Shown one piece after another: positions 60,539-64,000 of a DNA stretch of 64,000 nt. The stretch covers positions 62,001 through 126,000 of the IMG/VR virus record IMGVR_UViG_3300020477_001008. One strand, 5' to 3'. The first letter of the stretch is position 1, and each line of letters starts with the position of its first letter. The translations under genes were made by a program, and so were the position numbers. The notes beneath the pieces were generated by a model, which searched no databases, was not told the DNA's origin, and worked only from the letters and a program-made list of their open reading frames with translations.

Positions 60539-61285
60539 ATGGCAAAAGAGCAATCAAAACGACAGGAGCTAATAAACGATATCAAAACCATCTTAGGTGA
60601 CGGTATGGTTGATGTAGAGCTTGATCCAAAGCACTACGAACAGGGTATTGATTTAGCTGTAGACAAATTTAGGGCAAAAAGCGACAATTCTACTGAAGAA
60701 GCATTTATATTTGTAGAATTACAAGCCGATAAAAACCAGTATACATTATCTGAAGAAGTAATTGAAGTTAAACAGCTATATCGTAGATCAATCTCAGGCT
60801 CAAATAATGCTGTAGATATGGATCCATTTGAATTAGCATATACTAATTTGTATTTTTTACAAGGTGGTAGAATTGGTGGTTTATTAACGTGGGATGCATT
60901 TGCACAATATCAAGAAGTTGTTAGAAGATTATTTGGTGGTCACTTAAACTTTAAATTCAATACAAATACTAAAATATTGGAATTAATGCGTAGACCAAGA
61001 GCAAATGAAAATATATTAGTACAATGTTATATGGAAAAACCTGTTGATACTTTAATAACAGATAGATATGCAAGACCTTGGATAAGAGATTATTCATTAG
61101 CACAATGTAAAATGATGCTAGGTGAAGCAAGATCTAAATATTCATCTTTACCAGGTGCTCAAGGTAACGTAACTTTAAATGGTGATGCTCTTAAAAATGA
61201 AGCCCAAGCGGCAATAGAAAAACTTGAAAGAGATATAGAATTATACGGTTCAGGTGAAGATCCACTAACATTTGTCATTGGATAA
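60539..61285 (+). CDS. Neck protein, gp13-like
   Basis: LGDGMVDVELD, WIRDY.LA.CK..LG.ARSKY..LPG..G.V.LNG. Confidence 0.85.
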   Translation: MAKEQSKRQELINDIKTILGDGMVDVELDPKHYEQGIDLAVDKFRAKSDNSTEEAFIFVELQADKNQYTLSEEVIEVKQLYRRSISGSNNAVDMDPFELAYTNLYFLQGGRIGGLLTWDAFAQYQEVVRRLFGGHLNFKFNTNTKILELMRRPRANENILVQCYMEKPVDTLITDRYARPWIRDYSLAQCKMMLGEARSKYSSLPGAQGNVTLNGDALKNEAQAAIEKLERDIELYGSGEDPLTFVIG

Positions 61286-61311
61286 TTTTAAAAAATTTGT
61301 TATAATATAGA

Positions 61312-62166
61312 ATGAGTATTAATTTTAGAGTACATCTTACGGGTTCAAAAAACGTATCTTTAGACTTTGAAACATATGGTAATTCATATGTTAAATTATT
61401 TGAAGATAGTTTAGTAGATGCAATACAAAATAGTTCTTTAAGACATCCATATAAAGTATATAATTTTTCTGATCAACAGACAGAAATAAAAGAACAAATT
61501 AGTAAAATTAATACTACTATTGATATAATTAATAATTCAAAATCAGATACATTTATTGATAGAAAAATTAATTATGAAACGTATGCTGATGATGTAAATT
61601 ATGTACATACACACTTTGTTGATTCACACGTTTCTGATATTGATGGCGAAGCATTTGGTGATTTAAATAACCACTTACACGGTTTAGAAATATTACAAAG
61701 TCCAAGGCAAAATAACAATGCTATTGGACAAATTTATTTAGATTTTCATAATAAAAAGTTTTTTGATATGCCAGAAGAAGCATTAAAACATTTTACTATA
61801 TCAAGAAAATATGGAGAATGTTATGTAAATTATTGCCAAATAGGTAGACATATTTTTGAAATGTTTAATAATCAAGACGAACACGCACACGATGATCATA
61901 TTATTCCATTAAACAGAATTAGCGGTAGTACATATATTTGGCTAGGACCAAATACTGGCTTTGAAACTTTTAAACAAAAAACAAAACAATTAGAAGAATG
62001 GTTTACAACTAATAATATAGGTGATAAAATTGGTATGAAATGGGGCGATCCTAAATTAGCAATAGGTTGGTTACCTGTTGGAAGAATGATAACAAATATT
62101 GATTACCAAGAATTAATAGGTATTAATGAAATTAAAAAAGTTGACTATTTAGAAAAAACAAGTTAG
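61312..62166 (+). CDS. Hypothetical protein
   Basis: 284 aa; NYVHTHF and LNNHLH.LE His motifs. Confidence 0.65.
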   Translation: MSINFRVHLTGSKNVSLDFETYGNSYVKLFEDSLVDAIQNSSLRHPYKVYNFSDQQTEIKEQISKINTTIDIINNSKSDTFIDRKINYETYADDVNYVHTHFVDSHVSDIDGEAFGDLNNHLHGLEILQSPRQNNNAIGQIYLDFHNKKFFDMPEEALKHFTISRKYGECYVNYCQIGRHIFEMFNNQDEHAHDDHIIPLNRISGSTYIWLGPNTGFETFKQKTKQLEEWFTTNNIGDKIGMKWGDPKLAIGWLPVGRMITNIDYQELIGINEIKKVDYLEKTS

Positions 62167-62174
62167 TATATATT

Positions 62175-62804
62175 ATGATAGTTGGATTAGTAGGTTTTAT
62201 AGGTTCAGGAAAAGATTCAGTAGCAAAACATTTTGAAGAAAGTGGTTTTACAAGAGATTCTTTTGCGGCGCCATTAAAAGATGCTGTATCAAGTATATTC
62301 AATTGGCCACGTGATATGTTAGAAGGCGATACAGATAAGAGTAGAGCATTTCGAGAAATGAGAGATACGTGGTGGTCTAGCAAATTAGAAGATAAAGGCT
62401 TTACACCAAGATGGGCTTTACAATACATTGGTACAGAAATATTAAGAGATCAATTTAATCATAATATTTGGCTTCATAGTTTAGAAAATAGATATATGGC
62501 TAAAGGTAGAAAACAAACTATTGTTAGTGATTGTAGATTTAAAAATGAAGTTGGATTAATTAAAACTTTAGGTGGATATGTAGTTAGAGTTAAAAGAGGG
62601 CCAGATCCACATTGGTACGAAATGGCTAAAGAAGCCGCTTCAGGCGATAAATTTGCACAACATAGTTTATATGAAATGGGCGTACATCAAAGTGAATGGG
62701 ACTGGGTTAATACTAGAGTAGATTTTGTAGTTGAAAATTCAGGATCATTAGATGATCTATCAAAAGGTGTTCAGAACATTGTCGCTCAAATTAATAAAAA
62801 TTAA
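62175..62804 (+). CDS. Deoxynucleoside monophosphate kinase, gp1-like
   Basis: IVGLVGFIGSGKDS, SFAAPLKD, TPRWALQYIGTE, SDCRF.NE, HQSE. Confidence 0.9.
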   Translation: MIVGLVGFIGSGKDSVAKHFEESGFTRDSFAAPLKDAVSSIFNWPRDMLEGDTDKSRAFREMRDTWWSSKLEDKGFTPRWALQYIGTEILRDQFNHNIWLHSLENRYMAKGRKQTIVSDCRFKNEVGLIKTLGGYVVRVKRGPDPHWYEMAKEAASGDKFAQHSLYEMGVHQSEWDWVNTRVDFVVENSGSLDDLSKGVQNIVAQINKN

Positions 62805-63095
62805 TTAAAACGACAAATGCTCATCAGTTTCTAATAGTGGTAAACTTGTTGAAGCAACAGGTTCTATATCTAAAGCATCATATTCTGCTCTAGTAATATT
62901 CCATTCTTCTGTTATAACTAAATCACTACCAACAATTTCAGATTTAAAATTTATTCTTCCATTTTCAGTAGCCCAAGTTTGATAGTCTTTACCATACTTG
63001 TTCTCGTAGTACTGTGAACCAGTACCATTTTCTTGTCTGCCTGCTACTAAATCTATTGCACCGGCAGAACCGTCAGTTTTCCAAGAAATTTTCAT
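62805..63095 (-). CDS. Small acidic protein, paralog A
   Basis: AAGGA SD; shares ISWKTDGS, VGSD.VITEEW.I.RAEYDAL and ET..HLSF with its neighbour. Confidence 0.75.
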   Translation of the reverse strand: MKISWKTDGSAGAIDLVAGRQENGTGSQYYENKYGKDYQTWATENGRINFKSEIVGSDLVITEEWNITRAEYDALDIEPVASTSLPLLETDEHLSF

Positions 63096-63124
63096 TGTTA
63101 CTTCCTTACTTTAAAAATTTAAAA

Positions 63125-63397
63125 TTACGCAAAAGATAAATGATCGCTAGTTTCAACAACTGGTAATGCACTACCATCAGCTGAATGATCAATACCTAAT
63201 GCATCATATTCTGCTCTTGAGATGGACCATTCTTCAGTAATAACGATGTCACTACCAACTTCTTCCCATCTGTAATCTGTTCTTCCGTTAGCATCGGCCC
63301 AAGATCTGTAACTAGTATGCTTATCACCGTTTTCTAACCAATTTTTTACTGTGTCAACTGCGCCTGTTGAACCATCAGTTTTCCAAGATATCATCAT
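63125..63397 (-). CDS. Small acidic protein, paralog B
   Basis: AAGGAG SD; TATAAATA at 63437-63444 upstream. Confidence 0.75.
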   Translation of the reverse strand: MMISWKTDGSTGAVDTVKNWLENGDKHTSYRSWADANGRTDYRWEEVGSDIVITEEWSISRAEYDALGIDHSADGSALPVVETSDHLSFA

Positions 63398-63471
63398 AGT
63401 ATAATGCTCCTTTTTAATAATATATATTATGTTTGTATTTATACAGTAATATATAAAATTTAAGTGATTTA

Positions 63472-63897
63472 CTATAATTTAACGTCTATGCCCATAGAAC
63501 GTGCCTGTCCACTTACAATTTTAACAGCGGCTTCAAGATCGTGTGCATTTAAGTCTTCCATCTTTTCTTTAGCTATATCTTCTACTTGAGCTTTAGTTAA
63601 TGTTGCAATTCTTGATCTACCAGGAGTTCTAGAACCTTTTTTCAGCTTTAATTTTTCTCTAATTAAAAAAGATGTAGGTGGTTGTTTTGTAATAAATTTA
63701 AAACTTTTATCTTTAAAAACAGTGATAATGACAGGTATAACTTTACCCATTTTATCTTTAGTTTTATCATTAAATTGTTTACAAAAGTCCATTATGTTAA
63801 CACCTTTTTGACCTAGTGCTGGACCTACTGGTGGAGCTGGATTGGCCTTGCCTGCTTCTATCTGTAATTTTAGCATTCCTGCTATTTCTTTTGCCAT
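63472..63897 (-). CDS. rplK: 50S ribosomal protein uL11
   Basis: [34 protein letters not shown]...KQPPTSFL...G.ARSMGI; 141 aa from ATG 63897 with AAAGGA SD. Confidence 0.95.
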   Translation of the reverse strand: MAKEIAGMLKLQIEAGKANPAPPVGPALGQKGVNIMDFCKQFNDKTKDKMGKVIPVIITVFKDKSFKFITKQPPTSFLIREKLKLKKGSRTPGRSRIATLTKAQVEDIAKEKMEDLNAHDLEAAVKIVSGQARSMGIDVKL

Positions 63898-63919
63898 ATA
63901 ATCCTTTGTTGCGACAAAG

Positions 63920-63948
63920 ATAATACGAAGTTTTTTAAGTAAAGTCAA
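63920..63948 (-). promoter_or_regulatory. sigma70-like promoter for rplK
   Basis: TTGACT-N17-TATTAT. Confidence 0.65.
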
Positions 63949-64000
63949 ATGGTTTTTTAGCCAGTATTCTAAGGTTTATCAGGCATTAATCCGCCTTGCT

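Noticed and set aside
11400-62428. Many short ORF-track entries antisense to confident genes (e.g. 15237-15608, 23372-23608, 29794-30180, 46539-46901, 50567-50995, 55564-56133, 62132-62428)
   Set aside because: They lie largely or wholly within well-supported genes on the opposite strand and have shadow-like composition
63472-64000. Host chromosome junction (prophage edge) at rplK
   Set aside because: rplK is followed by phage-type small genes rather than rplA, and no integrase is seen; the upstream context is cut off by the window, so this cannot be fully excluded
1-64000. Alternative genetic code (stop-codon reassignment)
   Set aside because: Core genes are full length under the standard code, and TAG terminates genes such as rplK and the tail fibre normally

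Overview
This AT-rich 64-kb window comes from a large T4-like (myovirus-type) bacteriophage, probably aquatic. It carries a baseplate module: a giant wedge ORF open at the left edge and missing from the ORF track, then gp6, gp25, gp5, a gp27-like hub, gp53 and a gp48/54-like gene. It also holds the late sigma factor gp55, gp47/gp46, tRNA-Ile(GAT), a gp26-like chaperone, tape measure, the head module (gp20, scaffolds, gp21, gp22, gp23), a tail fibre, gp15/gp14/gp13 and dNMP kinase. The standout features are: (1) a ~16-kb island of tailoring enzymes (radical SAMs, five Fe(II)/2OG or AspH-type oxygenases, SET domain, sulfotransferase plus APS kinase, desaturase, GNAT, nitroreductase, QueC-like) with its own minimal SufC/SufD pair, mostly behind late-promoter-like TAAATA boxes; (2) a ~0.5-kb ORF-free, hairpin-rich interval (40921-41405) that looks like a structured non-coding RNA on the minus strand; (3) two phage-encoded ribosomal proteins, uL11 and bL33; (4) a probable programmed -1 frameshift at the end of the gp26-like chaperone; (5) widespread promoter-to-ATG spacing consistent with leaderless mRNAs. 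Product calls come from motif recognition by eye; no database search was run.
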